From positions 36,768,001 through 36,832,000 of the forward strand of contig CM052818.1 in assembly GCA_028534125.1 (NCBI GenBank): 64,000 bases of DNA, read 5' to 3'. The notes below the pieces were generated by a model. The model had not been told where the DNA came from. It was given only the letters and a program-made list of their open reading frames with translations, and made no database searches. Positions 1 to 12,819 of the stretch are shown here, piece by piece; position 1 is the first letter of the stretch; the number at the start of each line of letters is the position of its first letter. Source of the DNA: Lama glama (taxonomy: Eukaryota). Both the position numbers and the translations under genes were made by a program.

Positions 1-505
1 AAGGCGTGTTCTCATGGCCTCCAGCGTCAGCGTGGGGCCTGCTCCTGCACATCTTTCCATTCAGCTGGACTAACCCAGCCCAGGGTGGAGCCTTCTGGAA
101 TCCTTTACAGGTCCTTGACCACCCCTCAGCACAGGTACCACGGGCTAGGCCCTCATCAAAGGCCCAAGCTCACGCCCAGGGGACCCTGCAGGACCACTGG
201 GTGGCCCTGGCTCCTGTCGCCCTGGCAGGAGTCTCCAGGATCCAGAGGCCGGTCTCCAGGTACTGGAGGGTAAATCTGCAAGACCCATTCACAGGCTGCT
301 ATGGTTGAATGACTTGAGTTTTCATTTTCTAAGAAACAGGGACATAAATGGCTTGTTGGCATTTTACTGACAGAGGTGTGGGCGAGTGACTGGATCCCTC
401 ACAGGCTTGGCGCTGAACGGGAAATTAAAGGCCCCCGACAGGGAGCACGGCGTCATCTGTCAGGAACTCAAGGCAGCGCCTCTGTCTGCTGACTGCCTGC
501 CTGTG

Positions 506-745
506 CAAGCACACACACTCACAGGCACAGAGAGACACACCCAGACACACAAAGGTACACAGAGAGCCACACTCAGACACATACACACGGACCACAGAGA
601 CACACACACTCACACACACACTCACAGACACACCCACATACACACACAGACCCACAGACACACAGAGATATGCACAGAGCCACACTCAGACACATGCACA
701 CGGACCACAGAGACACACACACTCACACACAGACACACACACTCA
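506..745. repeat. Compound (CA)n-rich microsatellite with an internal duplicated block
   Basis: CA/GA-rich run. The block agagccacactcagacacatRcacacggaccacagagacacac occurs at 563 and 676. Confidence 0.9.
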
Positions 746-1134
746 TCTAAAACTTTCTAACCTTCAGGACAAGCAGAAGAGACTCTACCAGAAATCCTGT
801 GTTTCCTCCCTCAAGAAGAAGACATCTAGGCAGAGGACAAAGAAGAGGCTGAGGCTGCCAAGAATCTGACCTCCATTCACCTTCATCCCGCAGGTGAGCC
901 CCGATGGTGCCCCATCCTGCTCTCCTGGTGCTGACCTGTCTAGTGTAGGGAGGAGCAGACACACCGTGGGCAGTGGACACATCAGAGATCACCACAACAC
1001 AGGGCACCCCCCGGAGATGCCAAAGGACAGGCTCCAACCATCGTCCAGTGTATAACACAAAACAGGGGCTCAAGGGCTCAGAGGGGCGGGAACAGGATAG
1101 ACAGAACACTGGGCAGGAGTCATGGGGTGGAGAT

Positions 1135-1260
1135 GAGCCTCGGCTGCACCACTGAGTGAGTCACAGGACCTTTCTGGGCCTCAGTTTCCCTTTGTAAAAA
1201 GGGAATACAGTTTCCAGAAGGTTGTTATGAGGATTGGGTTAAGGGAAGAAATGTTGATGG
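1135..1260 (+). mobile_element. MIR SINE fragment
   Basis: Core ctgggcctcagtttccc...tgtaaaa...ggttgttatgaggatt. Confidence 0.75.
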
Positions 1261-3479
1261 AAGCTTCAAGATGGGGACTGGCCCCGTGTCTGTACTGTCC
1301 CTGATGACTGGAAAGGAGCAGGAGGAACCCAAAGGGGCTTCTTGCAGGGGCTGGGATCTATGCTGGGATGTGATGGTCGGGTAGGACTTAGGTAGGTGAT
1401 GGGTTCTATACATGCCTGTGTGCACCTACCATGCTCTTTTCAGACACTCTCCTGCCCAGAGCCCACACCGAGGACTGTGGCCCCGGCAGGACCATTCCTG
1501 GCAGAAGGGCGGACACAGGTGGGACTAGAGACGGGCCCTTGACCAAAAGGCAGTCAACACTCAGTCCAGCAGGCACTCTACGGAGAAGCTTTGGCCCAAA
1601 GAGCTCTGCCCAGTGGGGCAGCGCCAATTCGCTAAGCCCACTGGACTCTGTTCCTTTGGAATTCTCACTAGAAAATATACATTGTGCATCAGCTGATTGC
1701 AGGGAAAAAAAGAAGAAAGACAGAGGCTGGGCCTGAGCAGGCCTGAGGTGAAGACGTGCAGACACCCACGTCAGCGAGGAGGACACAAGGGGGCGATCTG
1801 GTCCTTGGAGCCAGCAGTCTTCCGTTCCCATGGGATTCCTTCTCCCCTAAGGGAGTTTCTGACCCTTGCAGCCAGAAGGGTGAGAGGCAGTGGTAACATC
1901 GAAAGTTTGGGGGCAGCAAAGAAGGCAAGGAGACTGGGGACTGAGGGGCCACCAAAACGTTGGGTGAGTTCCCGCTGGGGGCAGCTCTGAACTGCTGAGG
2001 GGAGCTGCTTGTTTGTGGAGTGTGGGGAATCCACGAGGGTCAACAGGCAGGGTGGACCTGGGGGTGTGGGCAAGGTCAGGGCTAGTGGGACTCTTCCAGG
2101 TTGGCTGGCCCAGAGTGTCCCAATGGTGGGCCAGTGAGAGTGGCCCAGCAGAGGCAATGGCTACCACGTGCTGCCGTGCAGGCCCTCGGTCCCTGGCGGG
2201 TCACCACAAGAAGCCTGAATCTCTTGTTTAGAGGAAGCACTGATCTGGCCTCTGCGATGTGTCATGTGTGAGGCCCTGAAACTCAGAGAGGGGAAAGGAG
2301 CTGTGGAGAGCCATCCAGCCAGTCCAGAGCTGGCTGGGACAGGCGCCCAATCATGGGATAACAGACTGGCCACAAGTCCTTTCCTCTACTGAATACCCCA
2401 GAGTAAGAGAAGGCAGCCACTATGCAGAAACTGGACACCTTCAAAGTGCAGGCTGACTGGAGCCACCTCAGCCCTGCTTAATGTGCTACCTTGGCCACCA
2501 AGCAAAAACCAGACTTCTCATTCAGGCTGCTGGTATCCCAAAGACTAATTCTGCTCATCACTTTTCAGGGAGAGGGCAATTAAAAATCTATTCTGAATAG
2601 AACGAAGACATATTTTTAGGATGAAATTGAGAAGACACCCTGAAAATAACATAAACCATCCCAGTCCAGAGTAATTAAAAGGAGATAAGTCAGCTATTCC
2701 TGCTCCGAGTCCCAGCGAGGGGCCGTTCCCTGGAGCCGCAGGCAGGATAGCCAGCCCAGGACACGCCAGCCTCCTCACACTCATGCCCAGAGCTGGCTTC
2801 TCTGCCCCGAACAGGCACAGCGAGAGAGGGCTGGGGAGGCGTGACACACTGCCGTGCAGTCACGTGGTCACACTGGTGGCAGAGATCCAGCCACAGGCCC
2901 ACCCGGGCTCCCCTAGAAAGTGTAGACAAGCCGACCACCCAGCAGGGGGTGCTGTGGCAGTCCCCACTCCAACCAGGGCCCATCAGGCCTAGGGGGTCAC
3001 CTAGAAGGACACAGCTCTCCGCCTGGCCCCCTCCTTCACAAACTCCAGGCGTGGCAGCAAATGATGGGAGAGAACTAGTAAAATCAAGAAAAAGAAAAGG
3101 AGAGCGTTCTGAGGGTAAAGCCAGTATCTGCAGGGTTCAAAATGTCAAGCCACAAATCTGACTTCATGGAATCTCTTCTCTTTGGGACAGTAATACTGGC
3201 CTGGGAATCTAGGAGCCTGGTTTCTTCTGACTCCATCCACTTTAATTAAGTCAGTAGGACAATTTACTAGTTGTAGTCTACAGCTCTAGACTCCAAAACA
3301 TACTGCCGGGGAACACGACAGGGCAGGAGGCAAAAGCAGAAATGCCCCATGAGGAGAGAAGAAAGCACGTTCACGACACCTCCTCCTTCCTACTCTAACG
3401 TACCATCAGGTGCCTTTGGGAACCGCTGTTACAGCAAGCCAGACTTCACATGGGTATTAAGGGACGGTCAAAAGGGGAT

Positions 3480-3655
3480 AAATACTTATTAAGCACATAC
3501 TATGAGTCAAGCACAGTGTGTTACATTCTTTCTCTCTTAATCCTCACAATAACCCTGAAAGGGAAGGTATGGGTACCCGGGTTCTCTGCTGAAATAGTGG
3601 AGAGGCAGAGGGGCGAGGTGGCTAACACAGTTAGCGAGTGGCAGTGCCAGCGTCC
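3480..3655 (-). mobile_element. MIR SINE fragment
   Basis: ttattaagcacatactatg...ttaatcctcacaataaccctg is the reverse of the MIR consensus. Confidence 0.7.
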
Positions 3656-5549
3656 CCAGCTGCTGGGGTCCAGCTTCGCCCGCCACCCCACACTGGTCAC
3701 TGTTTAGCACAGGCTGAAATCTAATCAACAAAGAAAGTTCCTGTGTCAGCAACAGTCTGTGGAAGAGAAAGCGAACATTAACAAATGCCTGATTACTGTA
3801 AACTAGCTCAGAAATGCCAGGGCACTAAATCATGCTGAAGGCTAACATTTCTAAACCGAGGCACTCCATCTGCTTCCCGGGCTGTTCCTCCAGGCCACAG
3901 GTTGGCTGGAAGGGGCAGGAAGGAGAGAGATCTACCCTTGACCCAGGACACATCCTCCCAAGGGGGTTCCTAAAACAGCCCATGCTCACACCATCCCATA
4001 CAACATGGATGGCCACAAAGACCACGGAGGAAGAGATCTAGGGGTGGGATTGGGAAGTGAGGCTGGGCTCGGCTTCAGCAGGTGCCTGTGGGATGTCCAG
4101 GTTTCTGATATGATCCTCAGAGAGCTGGTTTTATGGACCTTATGGTCAGCAGTGGGGTTTGGGTTGAAGGTCTGGATTGTTCTTGGCAGTTTAGAATAAG
4201 ATTCAAAAGGAGACTATGAAGAGTGAGAAGAACAAAGATGGAGCCCTGGGAGAGGGAAGAGGGAACCTGACCAGGAGGGCCCCTGTGAGTGAGGCTGGCA
4301 CTGTACTGAGACACCCCTAATAGGCCACAGTGAATGAAACAGCAGCTCCAGTAAGACTTTCACTAAATGCACAGACAATGGCTCCAGGCGGCATTACTGA
4401 TGGAGAGTTAGGAACATCCCAAAGGACGGGGTGCCATGAACCTCATGGGCAGCAGAGGACGGTAGTCCTTCCAGCTCAGGACTGTAACTCTACGTAGTAC
4501 CTCTTATATTTGCATGAATAGAGCCTGGACTTTATTCTGGGTTCTGCCGCCAGCACACTGGCCAGGTGACCTCGGCCAGTCATTTGCCTTTTGCCAAATG
4601 AGGAAAACAGGAGGAGGAGAGAGAGACAAAGGGGGACAATGCCCGCCGAACCACAGGCCCAAGACACCAAATCCCCATGCCAGGCTGGGCTTGGGTTGCT
4701 CTGGTGTTTTGCCAATAGCAGAGCTCTGTGGGGTTAGGGCTTCTGAACCTGGGCTCCATCAATGTTTGGAACACAACAGCTTCTTTCCAACCTACAGGTG
4801 TTAGCAGAGAAGAAATAAATGAGGCTACCCAGGGGTTAAGGACGTCCCCAGGTACCTATTACCATGATGGCGGACCTCCAACACGGACACAAACAGAGTC
4901 TCAGGTGTCCTGGATTATTTTGGATCTGCCTCGAGAAAGCTGTTCTGGTCAGTCTTGATCCCTCAACCCAGCAGAATCACTAGTTTCTTATTGGCTGCTG
5001 GTTACGCACTTTATCCATGTTTTCCTGTTCACTGCTGGCCACAACTCTTACAATTGAGGATTATGATCTTTGTTGTACATATAAGAAATTGGGGCCTGAT
5101 AAATCTGAAGCCACTCACACGAGCCCTGGGATTTGGACCCAGGCTGTCTGGCGCCTAAGGGCATAGTCTAACCCCATGGTTTCCAGTCTTTTGGGTCTCA
5201 AGGATTACTAAGCTTCTAAAACATTTGGGGACAAATAACAGGTTGCCACCTTCATATTTTGCCAATTAATAGCAATGTTTTAAACAGCAAACAATGAATC
5301 ATGTTCACAAAGGAAAGAACATTTTTTTTTACCAGGCACACACAAAAGCAGATACGCACAGACACTTAAAGAGGGAAAAGACACAGAAAAACTCCAGTCA
5401 TTCAGTTTGGCTCTCGGCTCTCAGCACCTGAACCCCTGATCTATGTCTGGGAATGCCCTTCCTGAGGAGACAAAACCCACCTTCCACTGAAGAAGCTGCA
5501 AATGACAAACACACCAATATCCCTTTGTCCACCAATCAGACTCATGGAC

Positions 5550-5862
5550 ATCCACTTTTAATCAGAAGCCTGTGAGGCAAAGAAGCGGGGTTGGTGCAGA
5601 ATCACTGCAGGAGCAACACCCCTCGCTTGGAGCTGGTGGTGGTGGTACAGCTGGAGGTCTGACCCAGCAGGGCAGCTGTGGGATCTTCACTGGGTCAGAC
5701 CTGGGCATGGCTGGTTGTCATTTCTGGCCATGTGGACTCTGAACCCCGTTTCCACCCTCCTGGAGACTCTCAGCTGCCTAATACCCTTTTAGTAAATTCC
5801 TCCTCTGCTTCAATTAGCAGAATTGGTTTCTGTTGCTTGCTACTTAGAATCCTGACTGATAG
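5550..5862 (+). mobile_element. MLT1-type (ERVL-MaLR) LTR remnant
   Basis: 3' end aaattcctcctctgcttcaattagcagaattggtttctgttgcttgc...cctgactgata resembles old MLT1 termini. 5' boundary uncertain. Confidence 0.6.
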
Positions 5863-8800
5863 AACAGTCTTAGAATAAAGGCCAACACTTTAAATGGAAT
5901 GTATTTAGCTCCATGAAAAGCTCCCTACACAGTGTCCGTGCTCTTTTGTTGCAGACCAGTCTCTGACAGTAGGGGCCTGGAGGCTGCAGGCTGGAGTTGG
6001 GGACTAAACTCTTCTGCATCCCTGCCCTCAGGAGATTATCAACCAGAGCCAGGAGCCCCATAATGGTCACTCTCCTCCTGAAGCATCAGCAGTGGGTCCA
6101 CACTGTCTATGGGAAAAGGTTAAACTGACCTCTCCAGCCCCAACTCCCCTCAGAGATGCTTCAGCTGAGATGGTTTCCATCCAGCCTGCAGGACACAGTC
6201 AGCAAGCACATCCCCTCCTCTCACCTCTATTCATACTGCTGTCCACCCCCGCCCCTTGTTTTCTGCTTTTAAAAGTTCCGTTCATGTTTCCAGTCCTCCT
6301 GCAGCCCAGCTTCCCAGCCCTTGGAGATCCTTCCTCCTCCCGTGGTCTTACAGTCTTTCTGCCTCTGTGAATTTCTTGATTTTAAAAATTTTCTTTCAAA
6401 GAGAGGGCTGGGATATCTCTTTCTCCCAGAACGTCCCTTCCAGAGGTGCCCACCTTCCGGCCCAGTCTCCCTGCACCCTCCAGGCAGGGGGCTAACTGGC
6501 AACTCTGCTTGTTCTTTGAGACCCACTTTGTCATCTCTCTCCCTTGGTGAGATGGAGAACAACTCATCTCTGTGCTCCTCAGGAGCACCCTTCAGAGACA
6601 ATTAAGTCCCTCCTCAGCCTCTTTCTTCTGAAATGAAATTATCCCTAATCCTTTACCCTGTCTTCAAGAGCCCTGTTTTCCGGTGCTTTAATGGAGTGGA
6701 CTCCATCCGAGGAACACCACAACTGGGAGGGTGGACGGGCTCAGACACGGGGTTCGCAGGCATCTGTGCCAGCAGCAGCCTCCTCTCGGATCATCTGCAA
6801 AGTGAAACCACCTGGCTGTTTACCAAAGACGGCCTCAGTTCCTTTTCTCTTTGGCTGATGGCAGCTTACCCCACAGCAGGGCACCCAATCCTCACCTGGA
6901 ATCTATGAGGAAGGGTGGGAAGCCAGACAGAGGAAGGGAGGGTGGCCAAGGCTAACCCAAGGTCCTCAAATGCCAAGTTCAGAACACTGGGTTTCGGTGG
7001 AGAGCAATGGACTAATTAAATAGGGAATGAACAGGAAAATTAGCAAGCATCTGAGGATGAGTGGTACATGGCCATGAATCTGTGCTTTCCCTGGTAGGCC
7101 AGTGGTTTCCTTCAAGGTGGGGACCAGGGTGTTCTTTTATCTTCCCCAGTGGTATAAACTTAGTTTGGCATTGGAAAGGGGATGGGATTTTTTTGGGGGG
7201 TGGGTGGGAGGTGGATCTTAATAAGTGAGTGCATAATTACAGAAATCAGATTAATAACCTCTCCCCAAAAATGGCAGTCCTGGCTTGGTGTAGCGGGAAG
7301 ACAATATTGCAACATCCATGTCTGGAGTGACCGGCCCTTTGCCACAGAGCAAAGATCACACAGCATGTGGGCATGGTGGGGACAGAAGCGCTAGGCTGGG
7401 TGGGTGCCACCCAGGTGCCCTCCTCGACTCACAGGCTGGCCCATGGCTGGCTTCTGCACGGAGATGGCCCATGGCCAACTCAGTACTAACGTGATTCTGC
7501 AGAAGAATAATTTTTACTCACAAATAATTCCTAACACAGGGTTGAGGAGTTGCCTTGATCTGTTCAGGAACAAAAGGCTTATGGCTCAGCCACACCCTTC
7601 AAATTCACCAGGTCCAACACCTCGTAGTTCAACCAGTTCATTACACGCATCCTGGGCTTCACCTTTTTCCCAAATGAAATAGAGAACTGCAGGCATTTTC
7701 TTGAAGGCAAACAAGAAAATTGCCCAAAGAACCAAGTAATCTTCAAATGTCAAAAACATCCAGTGCATGAATCACGCTTAAGTAAGAGCACAGGAATTTG
7801 GCAAAGTGACAAGCAGTGGTTTACAACATTAAAGGTGACTTGGAGACAGTCGAACAGTCAGAAGCAGAGGTAGAAGGGTACCTGGACCAGCCCGAATCAG
7901 CCATCTCCCGTGACAGGCCCAGCACCTGCCCATTTTCCCATTTGTGAAAGGGCACTCGAGCTGTGAGCTTCCTAAGGAGGAGATAGGCAATCCTTGGAGC
8001 ATCACTTGGACCCCAGTCAGCCTCGTCAGACCTGGCAGAAGAGTTCTGCAGCATCGCCTCTGACTCCTGAGCAGAGGAGACCTGGGAAGGTGCTCATGCT
8101 GTGGTCCAAGCCTGGTACCCACCATCTTCTCCCTCCACCAAATGCAGGGTGATTATCTTCTGAAAGAATCTGTGAAATCCTTTCATCCAGTCCCAGGTGC
8201 TCAAAAGAGCTTGCAAGATACCTTTAAATCACTAAAATCTCCACTCCCTCTGATTCTCACAGTGCTGTCCCCAGTTCTAGGGGTTGCAGGCCCCCTTTCC
8301 CTCAAGGCAGTGATCTTCAGGTCCTACAGTCTCTCCCCATCCCTGGAGGGCGATCCAGATTCAGTCCATGCAGCAGAATTTATACACGCTGGTCAGGCTT
8401 TGAGCTCCGCAGTCCACGGGCCGGTGACACCAACCCCATCTGCCTTGTCTCTGACCCAGTCTTGACTCCTCTCCTCACCTTCCTCTGCCCACCGGTGCCC
8501 GCTACCAACGGGGCTGTGTGTTCAGTAGAGAGCAGATGAGAGCCTGGTCCAGGAATCAGAGACACTGCTTGGGACCTGAAGTCAGAGCAATGGCATAGAT
8601 TTCCTTCTATTTCTTCTCTGAAATTTCTTAACTCAACAAGCTCCAAGCAGATTCACGTGTGAGCTGGCTGCTCCCTGACCCTGTGGCACCCCAGGCCTTG
8701 GGTCTGTGTGGAGATGCTGGAGGAAGCCCAGCCCCAGCTGCCTTAGGTCAGAGCCCTATGACACTTCCTAAGGAGCCTGGAAGTCAGACACGCCTAAAGG

Positions 8801-9544
8801 GAACCAAAGGTCATTCCAATGAGAACGTGAGTCAGAAAACATCCATGACTGAAATTCTCCAGAAGGTTATTAGTTGTTAGACTGGGCCCACGCACAGGGC
8901 CTAAGTGACTCAGACAGAAACTTAACTTTCTCACTTCTGCCAAAAAAAAGCCCAAGGAGACCCTCAGAACCAAGCACTCAACGCTGCTGATGCTGGGAGC
9001 TGCCATGTCCGTATCTGGGAAGCAGCGGAGGCAGACCAGCAGGACCTGTTAAGATTCCAGTCCAGGTTTTCATTTCCCAATGCTAGAAGAATAAGGATAT
9101 TTTTGTCTCATCTCATCTCCTGATAGCAGGAACGGATGAGGCCGAGAAAACTCCTCTGGCACACGCAACAAAAGGAAATCCGGCCGACCTCACCACTTTC
9201 TTCTCGAGGGCCTGCGTTACCTGGAAGATGCTCACCTTGGCAGCTTCATCATCCCACCCCATCCCTCTGGATCTCCCTCATTCCTCGGGGCTTGTCCTCT
9301 CCAATCACACACACACACACACCCCTTTCCAGCATGGTATATATTCTAGTCATGGAAACCATGTCACATTCCCCAAATACCACCTCTCACCCAAAATGCC
9401 CTCACTACCCTGCCCCTGCCCTTTGCCACATGTCACCCTCACCCCAGCCCATTCCTGACTCCCTCTCCTGGCCTCATCTGATACTTGGCACATCCTTGTA
9501 TTTTAGCATTTGTCCCATCAACATGATAATCCCATCTCTTCTGT

Positions 9545-9638
9545 CTTTTGTCTCCTCCCCTAGACTAAATGTTCCTAGCGTGGGGTATGACTGTGTTTTC
9601 TTCACCATTTTCATCCATGCCACCATGCCTGGCACACA
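9545..9638 (+). mobile_element. L2 3' end, interrupted by Tigger1 and resuming at 10331-10360
   Basis: ...atgcctggcacaca | element | tagtaggtgtttcataaatatttattg reconstitutes the L2 terminus GCCTGGCACATAGTAGGTGCTCAATAAATATTT. Confidence 0.75.
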
Positions 9639-10330
9639 CAGGCAGACCTTGTTTAATTGGGCTTCACTTTATCGGGCTTCACAGGTACTGCATTTTTTAC
9701 AAATTGCATCAAGCAAATCTATCAGCACCATTTTCCCAACATTATTTGCTCACTCTCTGTGTGTCACATTTTGGTAATTCTCGCAATAGTTCAAAGTTTT
9801 TCCTTGTTGTTATATTTGTTATGTTGATCTGTCTTCAGTGGTCTTTGATGTTACTCCTGCAATTGCTTAGGCATTTTTAAAGCAATACAGTATTTTGTAA
9901 TTAAGGTAGGTACACTGGTTCTTTCAGACATAATGCTATTGCACATTTAACAGACTACAATATAGTGTAAACATAACTTCAAAAAAATTTATTTTTATAC
10001 AATTTTAAAGGTTACTTTCCATTTACAGTTATTACAAGATATTGTCTGTGTTCCCTGTGTTGTACAGTACATTCTTGAGCTTTTCTTACACTGAATAGTT
10101 TGCACCTTCCACTCCTCCATCCCTATGTTGCCTCTCCCCCACCTCCCCACTGGTAACCACTAGCTTGTCCTCTATATCTGTGCTTCTTTTATTTATTTAT
10201 TTTCTTCTTTTAAAACATAATTTTTGTATGCACCAGAAAAACCCCAAAATTCATGTGACTCGCTTTACTGCAATATTCGCTGTGTTGCAGTGGTCTGGCA
10301 TCGAACCCGCAGAACCTCCGAGGACGCCTG
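9639..10330 (+). mobile_element. Internally deleted Tigger1 (TcMar-Tigger; Tigger1a_Art-like), interrupted by an L1 fragment
   Basis: TIRs caggcagacct (9639) and aggacgcctg (10330) followed by TA. Both arms match Tigger1 ends and the transposase region is absent. Confidence 0.88.
9980..10212 (-). mobile_element. 5'-truncated cetartiodactyl-type L1 3' end inserted in Tigger1
   Basis: ttccctgtgttgtacagta...ccccactggtaaccactag is the reverse L1 3' UTR. Flanking near-duplication aaacataaYtt at 9969-9979 and 10213-10223. Confidence 0.8.
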
Positions 10331-10839
10331 TAGTAGGTGTTTCATAAATATTTATTGCACGTATGATTACAGAAGTGATCTTAAATTGAAGCAAACTTAA
10401 TGTTCTTCTTGGCTCTTGTAACAGAATGGTCGCGCTAGGTATTTTGAGGCTTATTGTTCAGAAATGAGGGCCTTTGGGAAGGCAAGGAAGGCTCAGGACA
10501 GAGGAGGGAGGAGACAGGAGAGACTCTGGTTCCATCTGGTTACGCAGAGACTCACCAGTGAAGGGTGGGATCTACGAGCCTGGAAGGCTAGTGATCCACA
10601 GATTATTGAGACGTGTGGTTTCTCTGTGTTTATGCCCTTTTTATTATCTCAGTGTTGACGCAGCCAGCACGTGGTGAAGGATACACAGGAAATCTCCACA
10701 CCCGGGGAAGCGCCATCTCTGGGAGCCAGAGTGTGGTAGTAGCAAGAGGGCCTGAGAGGACCAGGTCCAGCTGGACAGCCCAACAGCTTGTCCCCTATAT
10801 CTAAGGGTCTTCCTGAATCTAACTTGGGTGATTCCCTCC

Positions 10840-11815
10840 AAAGGTACGTCTCTGGCCCTGATCTTTCCTCTGAGCATGTGCCAGACCCATCCATTTAACT
10901 GCCGATCTGCCATCCCCTCCATGTCTCAGGAGCCCTCACACCTGGTCCTAAAGAACCTCAGTCTTCTCCATCACACCTGACTCCGCCCTGTGTTCCCGGT
11001 GCCATCAGTACCACCACCATCCATCCACCCAGACCGGAAGTGTTTGTGTCACCCTTGAGACATCCCTCTCCATTATTTCCTCACATCCAACCCACCACCG
11101 AGGCCTGCCACGTCCGCCTTTTAAAGTGTCTCAAACTCATTTACTTCTCTCCACCTGTACCATTACCTAAGTCCCCGTTGCTGCCATCAATTTTCACCTG
11201 GACCCTGGCAACCATCCCCTAATTGAACCCCATATTCTTCCTCAGCACTTCCCAGCACGTTCCCACGTGGCAGCCAGCACCATCTTTTAAAAAATGTCAT
11301 TCTGTCCCTTAAGAACCATAAAAGTCAGGCAGTGCTCTTACGATAGACAAAGATCCCATATATGGCCAACAAGACCCTGCCTGCTTTCTCCCTACCTAAC
11401 TCTCCAGTCTCCTCCTGGACCACACTCCCCCTTGTTTTCTCAGCTCCAGCCTCCCTGGCTTCTCTCCTTTCCTGGAACATGTCATACTCTCTCCTATCCT
11501 GGCCAGAGTGCCTCTGTCCCCTCAGTGTATGATCCCCTCCCCAGCTCAACTGCCCTTTAAATCCTGAGGTCAACCATGCCTTTCAATCTCAGCTCAGTCA
11601 TTACCTGCTCCCTGAACCCAAGATGAGGCGGGGATCCCTGTTACAGCACTGTATGCCTTCCGTCTCAACTCCCTGGTAAATATGTTTCCCCCATGAGACT
11701 GTAAGCTCTTTGAGGGAAGGAATCAGGCAGGTTTTTGCTCACCGTTGAGTTCCAACACCAAGCACAATGCCTGGCATGTAGAAGGTGCTCATATTTGCTG
11801 AACTGCAAATAATGA
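10840..11815 (+). mobile_element. L2 LINE (L2a-like) 3' portion
   Basis: C/T-rich L2 body ending gactgtaagctctttgagggaagg...agcacaatgcctggcatgtagaaggtgctc. Confidence 0.85.
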
Positions 11816-12819
11816 GTTTGGGTTTTATTGAAGAAAGATGCACTGTCTTACAGTCTGGCTTCAGAGGAGATAGTTACAATGTAGAGGACTTGCTGATGGC
11901 AACATATTCCTTCCGAAGGAGATTTTCAAGTGGGAGAAAAACAACCTTCTCAAACTGGCATCAAAATCAGAGAGTGAAAGAAGAGTTGTCCAACGGAGGA
12001 AACACACACCGTCAGTACTTTCACAAGCCGTCTGTGTGGGGCTGCGGGGAGATTCCGCCCCCGCCCCCAGCCATATGCCGGGGAGAAGCCGGGGAGAGAA
12101 ATCCTTCCTTCCCCGAAACCGACAGAAAGCCTGAATTTGGACAGGACGACAATGGAACGTGAGCTCGGTACAGCTGCTGAGGACCAAGTGCCCAGATACG
12201 ACAGTTAAATTCCTGGTCAGCCATCCTCTTCTTCTTTTGCTCACTTCGAGGGGTTGTCTTTGTGCCTGGAAGTCTTGAGTGTCCTTCAGCGCTCATCAGT
12301 GGGGAAAGTGGTGTCTGACTGTTTCTTTGCACTCCAGTTTGTCTGGCTGTGAGCATACATCTGGGTGAGATGAAACCTAACATCATAACAGCAGACTCTA
12401 CCCAATAGGTCTGGGCCATACGTCCAGGGCTACTTCTTCCATCGTTCATTATGACTAGTCCCCTCCTGCCCTCCCCACAAGGCGGTGCTGTGAACCCCAA
12501 ACTCCTGTCTGAACACTGACCTCCTATCTGACTCTTCAGCACATCAGAATCACCAAAGCTGCCCATCTCTTCTGGAGAGGCCAACATGCAAGCATTGCCT
12601 GCTGAGATTGTATGCCCCAAATTGCATTACAGACTCAGGCTTAGTGTCGGGAAGAAATTTCATGGAAACGGTAGATAGGACACAATGAGATGCCATTTTC
12701 CTCCAAATTAATAAAGATTCTTAAATATGATAATATAAGCTCTCTCAGACACTGCTTTTGGATTGACTGTACACACATTCTTTTGGTGAAATGATCAGCA
12801 TGTTTTGAGAGCCTTAAAA

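Noticed and set aside
386..760. His/Thr-rich ORF
   Set aside because: Translation of the (CA)n microsatellite.
9136..9777. 213-aa plus-strand ORF
   Set aside because: Runs through a CA tract, an L2 end and the Tigger1 left arm, with no protein family resemblance.
12021..12620. 199-aa minus-strand ORF on the sense strand of the host gene
   Set aside because: Starts at TTG, resembles no BTB/kelch or other known protein, and has no convincing exon boundaries.
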